In this document: positions 1 to 9,558 of the stretch, piece after piece | Layout: the number at the start of each line of letters is the position of its first letter | How positions within the stretch are numbered: position 1 is the stretch's first letter | DNA from: a virus | Length of the DNA: 64,000 nucleotides | IMG/VR virus record: IMGVR_UViG_3300046817_000745 | Span: 8,873 to 72,872 of that record | Strand: one strand, 5' to 3' | The notes under the pieces: generated by a model | The model's input: only the letters and a program-made list of their open reading frames with translations | Database searches by the model: none | What the model was told of the DNA's origin: nothing | Made by a program: the position numbers and the translations under genes

Positions 1-2
1 AG

Positions 3-185
3 CCCGGGCCAGTCGGAAAATACGGCGACCCGGTGCCGCGCTGCCTTGTGTGCCTGAGCGACCGGGCCGGGCGGCTGAGCGACGACTGGCAGGCGGACGT
101 GTACCCGTGCGCGACGATCCTGCTGGACGCCGCCGTCTATGCCGACCACATCGACTACCAGCAGAAATGGAGCGTCGATGACTGA
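3..185 (+). CDS. 5'-truncated DUF6221-like phage protein
   Basis: Frame 3 reads ...CLVC...YPCATILLDAAVYADHIDYQQKW..., resembling the actinophage CxxC...PCxT...YADHxDY motif. Stop at 183-185. Confidence 0.6.
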   Translation, partial: PGPVGKYGDPVPRCLVCLSDRAGRLSDDWQADVYPCATILLDAAVYADHIDYQQKWSVDD

Positions 186-483
186 GATCGACGCACGCAC
201 CCGGCTGCGGATGGAGCGGCACAGGGCCGCGAGGGATGATTTCGCCTTCTGGATCTACCGGCTGGCGACCGCAGCCCTGGCCGAACAGGACGCCGAGATC
301 GCCCGGCTCAAGGACGAGCTGGCGGACGCGCAGCACCGCCCGGTGCTGCACGCTACGGGGATGCAGTGCGAGAAGATCATCGCATCGGGCGAGGCCGACG
401 GCGAGCTGCCGGGCACACTGCTGCGCTCGACCGACGACACACGCAGCTGGGAGCGCACGGCGGTAGGCTGGCAAATACGGTGA
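178..483 (+). CDS. Hypothetical protein
   Basis: ATG at 178 overlaps the end of the upstream gene. GC3-rich codons and a short coiled coil. Confidence 0.7.
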   Translation: MTEIDARTRLRMERHRAARDDFAFWIYRLATAALAEQDAEIARLKDELADAQHRPVLHATGMQCEKIIASGEADGELPGTLLRSTDDTRSWERTAVGWQIR

Positions 484-495
484 GGTCGACGGTCA

Positions 496-530
496 AAGGC
501 CCGGGCTGCTCTCAAGAGCGCCCGGGCCTT
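496..530 (+). terminator. Intrinsic terminator-like hairpin
   Basis: AAGGCCCGGGC...GCCCGGGCCTT inverted repeat right after the stop at 483. Confidence 0.65.
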
Positions 531-618
531 CGCCGTGTCGTGCGCCTCTGGTATCCGCCACCTCGTCCGCAGTACGCTACCCGCGTATACCACTTGTCGT
601 CAGATATGGGGTTCGACC

Positions 619-897
619 ATGGGGTTCGGAAACGTTGTCAACGAGATCAAGCACATGCTCAGCGAGGTCACGGGCGAGGCGGCCCGTGCGGCGGAGGCGG
701 CACTGACCGGTCTGGAGGCCGAGGCCGGCAAGGTGCAGGCCACCGTCAGCGATCTGCTGGCGCAGGCCAAGGCCGACGCCGAGGCGGCTGTGGCGGCTGC
801 CGAGCCCGAGGTCAAGGCCGCCGTCAGCGAGCTGGTTACCAGGCTCGAGGCGGACATCCAGACCGCACTCGCCGCTCTGGCCGCGCACGGTCTCTGA
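619..897 (+). CDS. Small Ala/Glu-rich helical protein
   Basis: ATG at 619 (MGFGNVVNEIK...). Amphipathic helical composition, immediately upstream of the lysin. Confidence 0.75.
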   Translation: MGFGNVVNEIKHMLSEVTGEAARAAEAALTGLEAEAGKVQATVSDLLAQAKADAEAAVAAAEPEVKAAVSELVTRLEADIQTALAALAAHGL

Positions 898-903
898 GCT
901 GCG

Positions 904-1842
904 ATGCCTGTCTACGCACGCGGTATCGACTACGCGTGGCAGCACCCCAACATGCAAGCGATCAAGGACGCCGGGTACGACTACATCATCCGGTACTACT
1001 CACGTGATCCAAGCAAGAACCTGACCCGCGCCGAGGCCGATAGTGCAGCCAAGGTCGGCCTGTGGGTCGTCGGGAACTGGGAGCACACCGCGAACGACGC
1101 GCTCGGCGGCCACAGCGCAGGAGTCGCGAACGCACGCCTGGCCAGGTCGCTCGCCGATGCCTGCAGACAGCCGCTGACCCGGCCGATCTATGAGAGCGAC
1201 GACTTCGACGTCACCCCCGAGCAGGAAGCCATCGTCACCGAGTACCTGCGTGGCTGGGACTCAGTCATCGGCGTCGCCGAGGTCGGCGAATACGCGGGCT
1301 TCTACCCGCTGCGCGCGCAGCGCGACGCGGGCGTGACATCGTGGGAGTGGCAGCCGCGGGCGTGGTCCGGCGGCCAGTGGGAGCCGCGGGTGAACATCCG
1401 CCAGGTCGGCACCGCGATCGTCGGCGGCGTCGAGGTGGACGTCAATGAGGCGTGGACAGCGGATTATGGGCAGTGGCGCCCGAATGTGGATCCTTTCGCG
1501 CCGATCCCGGCTCCAATTACGTCGAAGGAGATTGATATGGCACGACTGTTCGACGTCCAAGCGGACCCGGCGAACGCCGCGAACGCCCCCGGCATCTGGG
1601 CCGCGGTGGAGGGTGTGGGCTACTTCCACGTGACGGACACGACCGAGCTGCCCACGTATCGGGCCGGGGGCACGCCGGAGGGGCCGGTGAGCTACGCGCA
1701 GCACCTGACGATGCTGGCAGCGTCAGCGAAGATCACCCTGTCGGATGCACAGGTCGCGACGCTGGGCGCGGCGATTGCGGCCGGGCTGCCGACACACATC
1801 ACCGGCACCCAGACCACAACGGTTTCCGAGACGCTGGACTAG
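904..1842 (+). CDS. Endolysin-like glycoside hydrolase (DUF1906/GH25-like) with C-terminal domain
   Basis: GIDY...YIIRYYS..KNLTRAEA...PIYESDD...W..RAWSGG...VDVN matches the Rv2525c/DUF1906-type TIM barrel. Confidence 0.8.
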   Translation: MPVYARGIDYAWQHPNMQAIKDAGYDYIIRYYSRDPSKNLTRAEADSAAKVGLWVVGNWEHTANDALGGHSAGVANARLARSLADACRQPLTRPIYESDDFDVTPEQEAIVTEYLRGWDSVIGVAEVGEYAGFYPLRAQRDAGVTSWEWQPRAWSGGQWEPRVNIRQVGTAIVGGVEVDVNEAWTADYGQWRPNVDPFAPIPAPITSKEIDMARLFDVQADPANAANAPGIWAAVEGVGYFHVTDTTELPTYRAGGTPEGPVSYAQHLTMLAASAKITLSDAQVATLGAAIAAGLPTHITGTQTTTVSETLD

Positions 1843-1894
1843 CAGCTGCGCGGTCTCGGACTGTCCCCCGATTACATGATCTGAGAGGGCTTCG

Positions 1895-2851
1895 ATGCCA
1901 CACACACCTCGGCACGGCATGTACGGACGGCTGCCGGGCGACCCGACCCGGCCGCGGATGCGCCTGTCCCGCTCATTGACCGGGGTCGTGCCCGCGTATC
2001 CGACCGCCGTCGACTACCTCGACCGGCTGCGCAACTGGCAGATGCTGGGAAACGACCAGTACGGGGACTGCGTAGCCGTCACGTGGAGCAACCTGCGCCG
2101 GCTGACCACCGCCTGGCTGGCCACCGAGACGTACCCGTCGCTGTCGCAGGTGGAATCGCTGTACAAGACGCAGAACCCCGGGTTCCCGTCGCAGGACGAC
2201 GGCATGGACATCCAGACGTGCTTGGAGTACCTGGCCAAGACGGGCGGCCCGGACGGTGTCAAGGCGCTCGGCTTCGCCGCGGTCGACCACACCAACCCGG
2301 CCGAGGTCAAGGCCGCCATCGCCCTGTTCGGTGCGGTGTGGGTCGGCTTCGACGTGCTCTCGGCCAACGAAACCGAGTTCGACAGCGGCCAGCCGTGGGA
2401 CTACGTGTCCGGATCGCCCGACGTCGGCGGCCACTCGGTGCTGGTCGGCGGGTACGGCGCGAGTGGGACAGGGCAGCTCGGAGGTGACGAGCGGTTCATC
2501 ACCTGGGCGCAGGAGACCAGTTTCACGGACAGGTTCTGGTCCAAGCAGGTCTCAGAGTGCTGGGCTGTCATCTGGCCCGAGCACCTGGGGTCGGCGGATT
2601 TCCTGGCCGGAGTCGACCTGCAGCAGCTCGCCACCGACTACACAGAGATCACCGGCCAGCCGTTCCCGGCACCGGTGCCGCCGGCCCCGGGGCCTCCCCC
2701 GCCCCCGCCCGCTCCGGGGCCGGCGCCCGGCCCCACGCCTCCGCCGGTGCCGCCGCAGCCTCCGGTCCCGGCACCCCCGGGTGCCATCGCGTGGCTGATC
2801 CAGCTCCTGGAGCACCTGATCAAGATTCTGAATCAGTGGGCCGGCCAGTGA
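1895..2851 (+). CDS. Papain-like (C1-type) cysteine peptidase with Pro-rich tail
   Basis: NDQYGDCV (catalytic Cys), GGHSVLVGGY (catalytic His), FITW. Poly-Pro linker then an amphipathic C-terminal helix. Confidence 0.75.
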   Translation: MPHTPRHGMYGRLPGDPTRPRMRLSRSLTGVVPAYPTAVDYLDRLRNWQMLGNDQYGDCVAVTWSNLRRLTTAWLATETYPSLSQVESLYKTQNPGFPSQDDGMDIQTCLEYLAKTGGPDGVKALGFAAVDHTNPAEVKAAIALFGAVWVGFDVLSANETEFDSGQPWDYVSGSPDVGGHSVLVGGYGASGTGQLGGDERFITWAQETSFTDRFWSKQVSECWAVIWPEHLGSADFLAGVDLQQLATDYTEITGQPFPAPVPPAPGPPPPPPAPGPAPGPTPPPVPPQPPVPAPPGAIAWLIQLLEHLIKILNQWAGQ

Positions 2852-3408
2852 CGATCCCGGTCTTCGCCCCCGGGGACGTCTGGGCGGTGGACGCACCCGG
2901 ATTCGGACGTATCCCGATCATCCTCGGGTCGTGGTTGACCGGGCACCCTGCACCCACCGATCACGTCGTCACCGTCCACCACCAGGACAAGAATGGCGTG
3001 TGGTGGGGCATCGAGGGGCGTCCGTCCGGCGTCGGCTGGGTCGACATGTCCAGCTACTTCGCCACCAGGGCGCAGTTGCGCGCAGCGCGCGGCAACGTCC
3101 GCCAGCCACGCACGGACGCGCAGCGAGCAGCCGTCTGCAAGCTGATGGAGGGCCTGCTCGGCACGAGCTACGACTGGGTCGGTGGGATCGTCGCCGACTT
3201 CGACACCGCGCTGCACGCCGGGGAACTGGCCAAGTTGATCGATCACTGGTGGGGGTGGGACAACGGCGCCGCACAGCCCGCCCACGTGGTCTGTTCCAGT
3301 GCGGCGGCGTGGGCATATCGGAACCTGGGGCTCGTATCCCCGCCGGTGGGGAACGCCGAGCTGGTCACGCCCGCCGACTGGTGGCGGTTCAACGGACAAT
3401 GGCAGTAG
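2848..3408 (+). CDS. Permuted NlpC/P60 (YiiX/YebB-like) hydrolase
   Basis: GTG overlaps the upstream TGA. PGD...DHV (His first), YDW, VVCSSAAAWAY (Cys last), VTPAD. Confidence 0.75.
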   Translation: MTIPVFAPGDVWAVDAPGFGRIPIILGSWLTGHPAPTDHVVTVHHQDKNGVWWGIEGRPSGVGWVDMSSYFATRAQLRAARGNVRQPRTDAQRAAVCKLMEGLLGTSYDWVGGIVADFDTALHAGELAKLIDHWWGWDNGAAQPAHVVCSSAAAWAYRNLGLVSPPVGNAELVTPADWWRFNGQWQ

Positions 3409-3424
3409 AGAGGGATCGAACACC

Positions 3425-3754
3425 ATGAGCGGGCAGTACACCGACGAGCAGCTCGAGGCGGACCACCTCGCGACCGGGCACACCGCACCGCGGATCACCC
3501 CCGAGCACGTGGACGAGATGATCGCCCACGTGCGTTTCTGGCAGCCCGAGGGCACCACGATGACCGTCTGCCTGTTGGAGCTGGTGAACGGGTTCCAGAC
3601 CATCGGGTACTCCGCCGCGGCCAGCTCGGACAACTTCGACGTGGAGATCGGCCGCAACCTTGCCCGCGAGCACGCCCGCAGTCAGATCTGGGTCCTCGAG
3701 GGCTACCTGCTGCGCCAGCAGCTGCACGACCAGGAAACTCAGCAGAAGGTGTAA
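3425..3754 (+). CDS. N4 Gp49/Sf6 gp66 family protein (possible nucleotide-signal sponge)
   Basis: APRITPEH...TTMTVCLLELVNGF..IGYSA.AS.DNFD.EIGR..A...A..QIW.LEGY is the family signature. Confidence 0.85.
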   Translation: MSGQYTDEQLEADHLATGHTAPRITPEHVDEMIAHVRFWQPEGTTMTVCLLELVNGFQTIGYSAAASSDNFDVEIGRNLAREHARSQIWVLEGYLLRQQLHDQETQQKV

Positions 3755-3757
3755 CCG

Positions 3758-4009
3758 GTGACGACGCTGAACGGCGAGATCGCGCGCAGTGAGCCCGGCA
3801 AGCTGAACGAGCAGCTGGCCGGGAAGGTCTGGCTCACGCAGAAACGGGGCGAGTGGCCTGTCACGCTGTGGACGAACGCCAGTGGCGTCCTTCACTGGCT
3901 GGCCGACAACCCCGACGGATCTGCGTGGGAGTACGAGATCACGCCGACCCGCCGGGTGCAGGCCGTTCGGCCGGAGCCCTATCTGCAGGAGGCAGTCAAT
4001 GACGGATGA
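3758..4009 (+). CDS. Hypothetical protein
   Basis: Tightly packed ORF in the operon. Confidence 0.65.
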   Translation: MTTLNGEIARSEPGKLNEQLAGKVWLTQKRGEWPVTLWTNASGVLHWLADNPDGSAWEYEITPTRRVQAVRPEPYLQEAVNDG

Positions 4010-4631
4010 CGCGCGCATCGCCGAGTTCGGTGCGTTCACGCCCGAGGGGCGGCTCACGCCCGGCTACGGCGACCACTACCTGTTCTTCGTCGGGCGCGAC
4101 GACGTGCACGGCATCCTACTCAAGATGCTCACCGCCGAGACCCTCGGGCTCAAGCTGAACATGTTCGGGTACGACGACGACGCGCTCAACGACGCGATCC
4201 TCACGCTGCTGCAGAACCCGAACGTGCGCGTGCAGGGCACCCTGGACAAGTCGCAGTCCGGTGGCGTGCACGAGCGCGCGATCCTCGAGCACGACGCGGC
4301 CAACGATCCTGCGTTCTTCAACTCGTTCGTGGTCGGCCAGTCGGCGACACACCAGATCAGCCATACCAAGGGCGGTGTCCTGCTCGGACAGGGACTCGGC
4401 TTCGAGGGATCCACCAACTGGTCGGCATCGGGTGAAGGCACCGGAATCAAGCTCGACCCGTCACAGAAGCCGGCTCCCGGCTTCAAGGCGCAGAACAACA
4501 CGCTGTTGGTGTCGGCCAACCCGGTGTTCCTGTCCCGGTTCGGCGCCCGGCTGGACACCGAACACATCGCGGCGGTGCAACAGCAGCACCTGAACATGCT
4601 AAACAAGGTGCTGTCCGATCGGGCACACTGA
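3999..4631 (+). CDS. Phospholipase D-superfamily enzyme (single HxK motif, Nuc-like)
   Basis: ISHTKGG...GFEGSTNWS...QNN and an LNMFGY strand. AGGAGG RBS upstream. Confidence 0.8.
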   Translation: MTDDARIAEFGAFTPEGRLTPGYGDHYLFFVGRDDVHGILLKMLTAETLGLKLNMFGYDDDALNDAILTLLQNPNVRVQGTLDKSQSGGVHERAILEHDAANDPAFFNSFVVGQSATHQISHTKGGVLLGQGLGFEGSTNWSASGEGTGIKLDPSQKPAPGFKAQNNTLLVSANPVFLSRFGARLDTEHIAAVQQQHLNMLNKVLSDRAH

Positions 4632-4861
4632 TGTTCCCTGAGCTGCACAGCGAGCTGAGCACCGATATCCCGCCCTACGACGTGCTCAGCCGGGCCCGGA
4701 TGGCGGTCCGGCTGGTCGAGCGGATCATGACGCAGCACGGAGACATCAGGTGCTGCCGGTGCTGGTTCTGCCTCGCGGCGCGCGACCTTGGCTGCCAGGT
4801 GCGCCCGGAGTTCGTCGGAGCCGAGCCGTTCGCACCACTCAGCACGCCCGTGGCACGCTGA
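4631..4861 (+). CDS. Hypothetical Cys-rich protein
   Basis: TGATG overlap. CCRCWFC cluster. Confidence 0.5.
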   Translation: MFPELHSELSTDIPPYDVLSRARMAVRLVERIMTQHGDIRCCRCWFCLAARDLGCQVRPEFVGAEPFAPLSTPVAR

Positions 4862-4865
4862 GTCC

Positions 4866-6584
4866 GTGACAAGCCTGCTGAAAGAGTGGGCACGGCGGAT
4901 GGACCCCGAGGTGGTCGTCGAATCCGCCTCGACCCGCTGGCGGCGCATCGCCCGCCCGGAGCAGCTGCTGCCCGAAGGCGACTGGCGGGTCATCTATTTT
5001 CAGGGCGGCCGGGGAAGCGGCAAGACGAGGTCGGGGTCCGCAGCCCTGGCAGAGCTGATCGAATCCGACCTTGAACTGGACCCGCCCGGGGAGTACGGCA
5101 TCATCGCTCCCACGTACCGGGACGCCTGGACGGTGTGCGTCGAAGGCGAGGCGGGGATCCTGCGGGCGCTGGGCACCACGGCCGGTGAGGTCAAGCACGG
5201 GCTCTCGCGCACGGTCGACTACGCATACCGCAGCTACGGGGAGATCGGCCTGCGCAGCGGGCACGTGATCTACGTCGACTCGGCCGACGACGGCGCACTG
5301 CGCGTGCAGGGCAAGAACCTGCGCGCGGCGTGGGGTGACGAGATCGGCCTGTGGAAACGCTGGCAGATCGCATGGGAGGAGTCGGTCCGGTTCGCCGTCC
5401 GCAAGGGCTCGTCGAAGATCATCGTCACGGGCACGCCGAAGGCGTCCCGCCCGGCACGCAAGCTGGTGCGACGGCTGATCCGCGCCGGACGCGGCGATGA
5501 CGAGTTCGGCGACGGTCCGGTGATCGTGCGTCGGTTGCGCACGATCGACAACATCCTCAACCTGTCCGAATCGTTCTTCCGATCGGTGGTCGGCGCGGCC
5601 AAAGGCACTCGGCTCGAACGCCAGGAGCTCGAGGGCGAGCTGCTCGACGACGTCGCCAATGCGTTGTGGACGCGCGAGATGCTCGAAGCCGCGCAGTGCC
5701 CCGGCGTCGGCGAGGAGGGCGGTCCCGAGTACCTGACATCGATCAAGATAGGCGTCGACCCGTCCGACGGCACCGAGGAGTCCGACGAACAGGCGTACAC
5801 CATCGCCGGCCTCGGGCCGATGCGTGATCAGGTCTACGTCATCGAGTCGTGGGGAGGGCAAGAGGCTCCGGCCCCGTTCGCCCGCCGGTTCCTGATCCGG
5901 GCGGCCGAGCTGGGCGCGACCGTCATCGTGGAGAAGAACCACGGCGGCAAGTGGATGATGCAGCTGATCGAGCAGATACAGCGCGCACTGCTCGAGGAGG
6001 GGGTCATCAAGAACCGGGTACCGGTGGAAGAGATCCACGCGAGCGAATCCAAACGCACTCGAGCCGAGCCGATATCCGGCCTGTACGAACGCGGCATCGT
6101 CAAGCACTGCCAGAAGGTGGCCCGGTTCCAGCTGGCGGATCCAGACACCGGCAAGCTGCAGTGGCGCGAAGAGGCGGAGCGGTTCACCGAACTCGAGGAC
6201 CAGCAGGCGACATTCATCGGGGCAGCCGGCGAGCGCTCCCCCGACCGGCTCGACTCCCTGGTGTGGGCGTGCAGCCCGTTCCTGTCTCTGAGCTTCGGCC
6301 CAGTGACGCGCGCCCGGGTGGCCCAGTGGGTCCGCAGCGGAGGACAACTGGCGGACAGCGTGCCACTGGATCGCGACCGCGGCGGCGACCCGATCGCCGC
6401 GCCGGACCCGCAGGATGAACGTGTCGCGGTGCCGAGGGCGTTGCGGCGCCAGCAGCTCCAGGGTGCGGCCGCGGCTGGTGGCTTCGGCGAGCTGGACGCG
6501 TGGGGTCCGCAGGATCCCGACGATGCACCTGAAAACGGCCGGCGCGGCAATGTGCACTCGTGGTCCGGATCGTCGCCGTTCTAG
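4866..6584 (+). CDS. terL: Terminase large subunit
   Basis: GGRGSGKT Walker A, AWGDE Walker B, TGTPK coupling motif, RNase H-like GVDP...SPDRLD. Start uncertain. Confidence 0.95.
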   Translation: MTSLLKEWARRMDPEVVVESASTRWRRIARPEQLLPEGDWRVIYFQGGRGSGKTRSGSAALAELIESDLELDPPGEYGIIAPTYRDAWTVCVEGEAGILRALGTTAGEVKHGLSRTVDYAYRSYGEIGLRSGHVIYVDSADDGALRVQGKNLRAAWGDEIGLWKRWQIAWEESVRFAVRKGSSKIIVTGTPKASRPARKLVRRLIRAGRGDDEFGDGPVIVRRLRTIDNILNLSESFFRSVVGAAKGTRLERQELEGELLDDVANALWTREMLEAAQCPGVGEEGGPEYLTSIKIGVDPSDGTEESDEQAYTIAGLGPMRDQVYVIESWGGQEAPAPFARRFLIRAAELGATVIVEKNHGGKWMMQLIEQIQRALLEEGVIKNRVPVEEIHASESKRTRAEPISGLYERGIVKHCQKVARFQLADPDTGKLQWREEAERFTELEDQQATFIGAAGERSPDRLDSLVWACSPFLSLSFGPVTRARVAQWVRSGGQLADSVPLDRDRGGDPIAAPDPQDERVAVPRALRRQQLQGAAAAGGFGELDAWGPQDPDDAPENGRRGNVHSWSGSSPF

Positions 6585-6813
6585 CCGGTCGGCGTTACCC
6601 TGCAGACAGACGTTCTGATCAACGACGGGTTGGAGCTGCAATGCCGTGGTGCGGGTTCGTCGGGATGCTTGGGCTTCCTGTGCTGGAGAAGAAGACGCCG
6701 CCGAGGGTCAACTGCGGGCGAAAGCGCGGAGTGACCAAGAGCGTGAAGTCTCGCCGGAAGCGGTGAGCCGACCAGCAATACTCTGCTGACAAGCGATCAC
6801 CTCGAGGAGAGCC

Positions 6814-8394
6814 GTGGCCAAGGCGCAGGGCAGTGAGGCGTCCGACATGGGGAAGGTCTACGCCTTCCCGGACATCAAGCCCGCATCCAAGCGTGAGCTG
6901 CTCGGCAAAGAGCTGGGGACTCAGTTCGACCTCGGCCAGCGGCTGTTCGCCTGGTACGGCGAGGGCGACGTCTTCGACTACGGCGAGTACACCGCGCGGG
7001 ACATGAAAGCGATGTTCCGCCGGGACGGCATCTGCTCGGCCGTCGAATCGGTGCTCACCCTGCCGATCCGCGAAGCCGACTTCTCGATCGAGCCCGCCAG
7101 GGGCGATCAGGGCGAGGCCGAGTTCGCGCGCGGCGTGCTGCTGACTCCGGACACCGACGGCGGCATGATGACCCCCGCGCACGAGCTGGTCGGGCAGGTC
7201 ACCAGCGCGCAGATATACCGCCGGGCGTTCTTCGAGAAGGTGTGGAAGGTCCGCGAGTCGGACGGAAAGATCGTGTACGACAAGATCGCGTTTCGCCCGC
7301 CCGCCACCTGCCAGGCACGGTACAACTCGCGCACCGCTGTCCCGAACGGCTTCCGCCAGCAGGTCTGGCTGTTCGGCGGCAACCTGATGCTCACCAAGGA
7401 ACAGAAGGTCCCCGGCTACGTCGACATCCCGAAGGTCCGTTCCTTCATCCACACACACGGTAAGCACCGCGAGCCGCTGATCGGCGTGTCGGAGATGGAC
7501 GTCAGCTACTGGGTGTATCAGACCAAGATGAAGCTGCTGTTCCTCTGGTACTACTTCCTGGAGAACCAGGCGATGCAGCGCATCGTCGCGTACGGCCCCG
7601 GCCAGCCCGAGGCCAACGCAGCCGCCGATGACATCTCCCAGCTCAAGGGTGCGGGCGTGGTCGGGCTCATCCACGCGCCCGACGGTAAGAAGGCGTTCGA
7701 GGTCATATCCCAGCCACCCGACGCCGGCAAGTTCTTCACCGAAGCCATGATGTTCCTGGAGGGCTGGCAGACGCAGAGCGTGCTGGCCGGATTCATGGGA
7801 CTGGTCGGTGGCGCGACGGCCGGCAAAGGTGCGTACTCGCTCTCTCAGGATCAGAGCGCGTTCTACCTCAAGTCTCGCCAGGCCGTCGCGAAGGAGATCG
7901 CTGAATCGATCTCCTTCGACGTCATGCGCCCGCTGGTGCTGCTCAACTACGGCCCTGGCGCTGCCTTCCCCAACTGGAAGTTCGGCCCGCTGCAGGATGA
8001 ACAGCTGCAAGCGCTGATCACCTTGTTCGGCACACTGGCGGCCGCGCCCGTGCTGCACATCCCCATGCCGGTGTTCGACCTGATCACCGAGCGGATGTCG
8101 ACGATCCTGCAGCTGGACATCGACCAGGTGCACACCGCGCTGGTGTCCACTGCGCAGCAGCGCGCCGAGCAGCTGGCGTCCCAACCGCCTCCGGGCATGC
8201 CGCCCGCGGCCGCGGCGGGGCTCGGGCAGGTGCAGGGTCTAGTCGGCGCGGCGCAGAATCTGACCCGCCAGGCTGCACAGAAACAGGGCGGTGTGCCCGA
8301 AGGACTGCGCGGTGTGCCGTCCGGTGCGCCCGCGCCACCCCCGGCGCCGTCTCGCCTCGGTGCGGGCGGGCAGAATCCGCCAGGGCCGGCATGA
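6814..8394 (+). CDS. Portal protein (Mu gp29/DUF935-like)
   Basis: Follows TerL, 526 aa. D..I.S......LPI, FFEKVW and GAYSLS..Q motifs. Confidence 0.85.
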   Translation: MAKAQGSEASDMGKVYAFPDIKPASKRELLGKELGTQFDLGQRLFAWYGEGDVFDYGEYTARDMKAMFRRDGICSAVESVLTLPIREADFSIEPARGDQGEAEFARGVLLTPDTDGGMMTPAHELVGQVTSAQIYRRAFFEKVWKVRESDGKIVYDKIAFRPPATCQARYNSRTAVPNGFRQQVWLFGGNLMLTKEQKVPGYVDIPKVRSFIHTHGKHREPLIGVSEMDVSYWVYQTKMKLLFLWYYFLENQAMQRIVAYGPGQPEANAAADDISQLKGAGVVGLIHAPDGKKAFEVISQPPDAGKFFTEAMMFLEGWQTQSVLAGFMGLVGGATAGKGAYSLSQDQSAFYLKSRQAVAKEIAESISFDVMRPLVLLNYGPGAAFPNWKFGPLQDEQLQALITLFGTLAAAPVLHIPMPVFDLITERMSTILQLDIDQVHTALVSTAQQRAEQLASQPPPGMPPAAAAGLGQVQGLVGAAQNLTRQAAQKQGGVPEGLRGVPSGAPAPPPAPSRLGAGGQNPPGPA

Positions 8395-9098
8395 CCACCC
8401 CGACGCAGCAGCCCGCCGCACAGCCGCCGCAGCAGACGGGTCCGAGCGATGCGGATCTGGCCGCCGCTGCTGCGGCGGCACTCGCGGCCGCGATCACCGT
8501 CCCGGCCGTCACCGCACTTCTCGCGGGGCTGTACGCCAAAGCGGGTTTCGAGCGGCCGGCGCTGCAGTCGGCGCTACAGATCATCATGGCGATGCCTCCC
8601 GAGGCGACCGGGATCGCTGGGCCGGCCACCGCGCAGGTCGCCTACCTCAACCAGGTCCGTCGCGGGCAGATGGTCGTGTCGATCGGCCGAAGGCTGACAG
8701 GTGACATACGCAGCGCACGGTCGGAGGGCCGCAGCGTGGTCACCGCACTGCTGAACGGCGTGACGCGCGAACGCCGCTACTTCGGGATGCACCGGGACGC
8801 GATCTGGTCCCGCGCGCAGGCGGCCATGGCCGTCGACATGGCGGCTCTGCAGTACGGTCTGCTGCTCGGCTGGCATACCCACCGGGATGACCGGACCACG
8901 CCGGAGTGCCTGGCGGCTGACGGGAAAAACTTCCGCGCCGACTCGATGCCGTTGATCGGCTTCCCGGGCGCGACGCACTCCAAGTGCCGCTGCAAGCCGG
9001 TCGCGCCATACCCCGGCGCGCCGCTGTTGCCGTCGGCGGGCAACACCCCGGCGCGCACTGTCCGGTTGCAGCGTCGGATGGCGCGCAGGATGTCGTAA
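8391..9098 (+). CDS. MuF-like minor head protein
   Basis: W....DDRTTPEC...DGK.F......PG..H..CRC motif directly after the portal. Confidence 0.8.
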   Translation: MTTPTQQPAAQPPQQTGPSDADLAAAAAAALAAAITVPAVTALLAGLYAKAGFERPALQSALQIIMAMPPEATGIAGPATAQVAYLNQVRRGQMVVSIGRRLTGDIRSARSEGRSVVTALLNGVTRERRYFGMHRDAIWSRAQAAMAVDMAALQYGLLLGWHTHRDDRTTPECLAADGKNFRADSMPLIGFPGATHSKCRCKPVAPYPGAPLLPSAGNTPARTVRLQRRMARRMS

Positions 9099-9108
9099 GG
9101 AGGCGGGC

Positions 9109-9558
9109 ATGGAAGATCAGATGCGCCAGTACGCACCCTACCCGGCAGAGCTGGCAGATCTCGTGGCAGGGCTGAAGTACAAGTCCGAGGACGGGTGGAC
9201 GTCCGGATTGGTCGACGTCGAACGCGACCACGCCGGGGTGCACACCGGCCCGGCCGGAGGGCTGACGCTGGTCATCGTCCGGGTGGGGCCGGACACCTAC
9301 GACCACGGGCGCATCCTGCGGGTCGGGCACTACTTCCCGGTCCCGGCCGCCACGTACGATCGCCGATCCTGGCAACGCTGGCTGTTCGAGCGCGTCCGGG
9401 ACGTGGAGACCCACGAGGCCATGGAGCACTTCGTCATCGACGGCAAGCGGCCTTACGCGCCCAGCCACGGCCCGGGCAACGACCCGTACATGGTCCGCGA
9501 GACGGGCACCGACATGGATCGCAGGACCGCGTACACCGGAGAGGTGAACCCGGCATGA
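9109..9558 (+). CDS. Hypothetical phage protein
   Basis: AAGGAGG RBS. HEAME motif. Confidence 0.75.
   Translation: MEDQMRQYAPYPAELADLVAGLKYKSEDGWTSGLVDVERDHAGVHTGPAGGLTLVIVRVGPDTYDHGRILRVGHYFPVPAATYDRRSWQRWLFERVRDVETHEAMEHFVIDGKRPYAPSHGPGNDPYMVRETGTDMDRRTAYTGEVNPA

Noticed and set aside
6641-6766. 41-aa basic ORF between terminase and portal
   Set aside because: It has a weak RBS, but no motif and atypical codons. It cannot be distinguished from intergenic DNA.
4839-8184. Long minus-strand ORFs (600 aa, 521 aa) opposite terminase and portal
   Set aside because: Antisense shadows typical of high-GC3 genes. The translations show no recognisable motifs.
8391-9098. MuF polymorphic toxin
   Set aside because: The MuF-like protein ends shortly after the CRC motif, with no C-terminal toxin domain.
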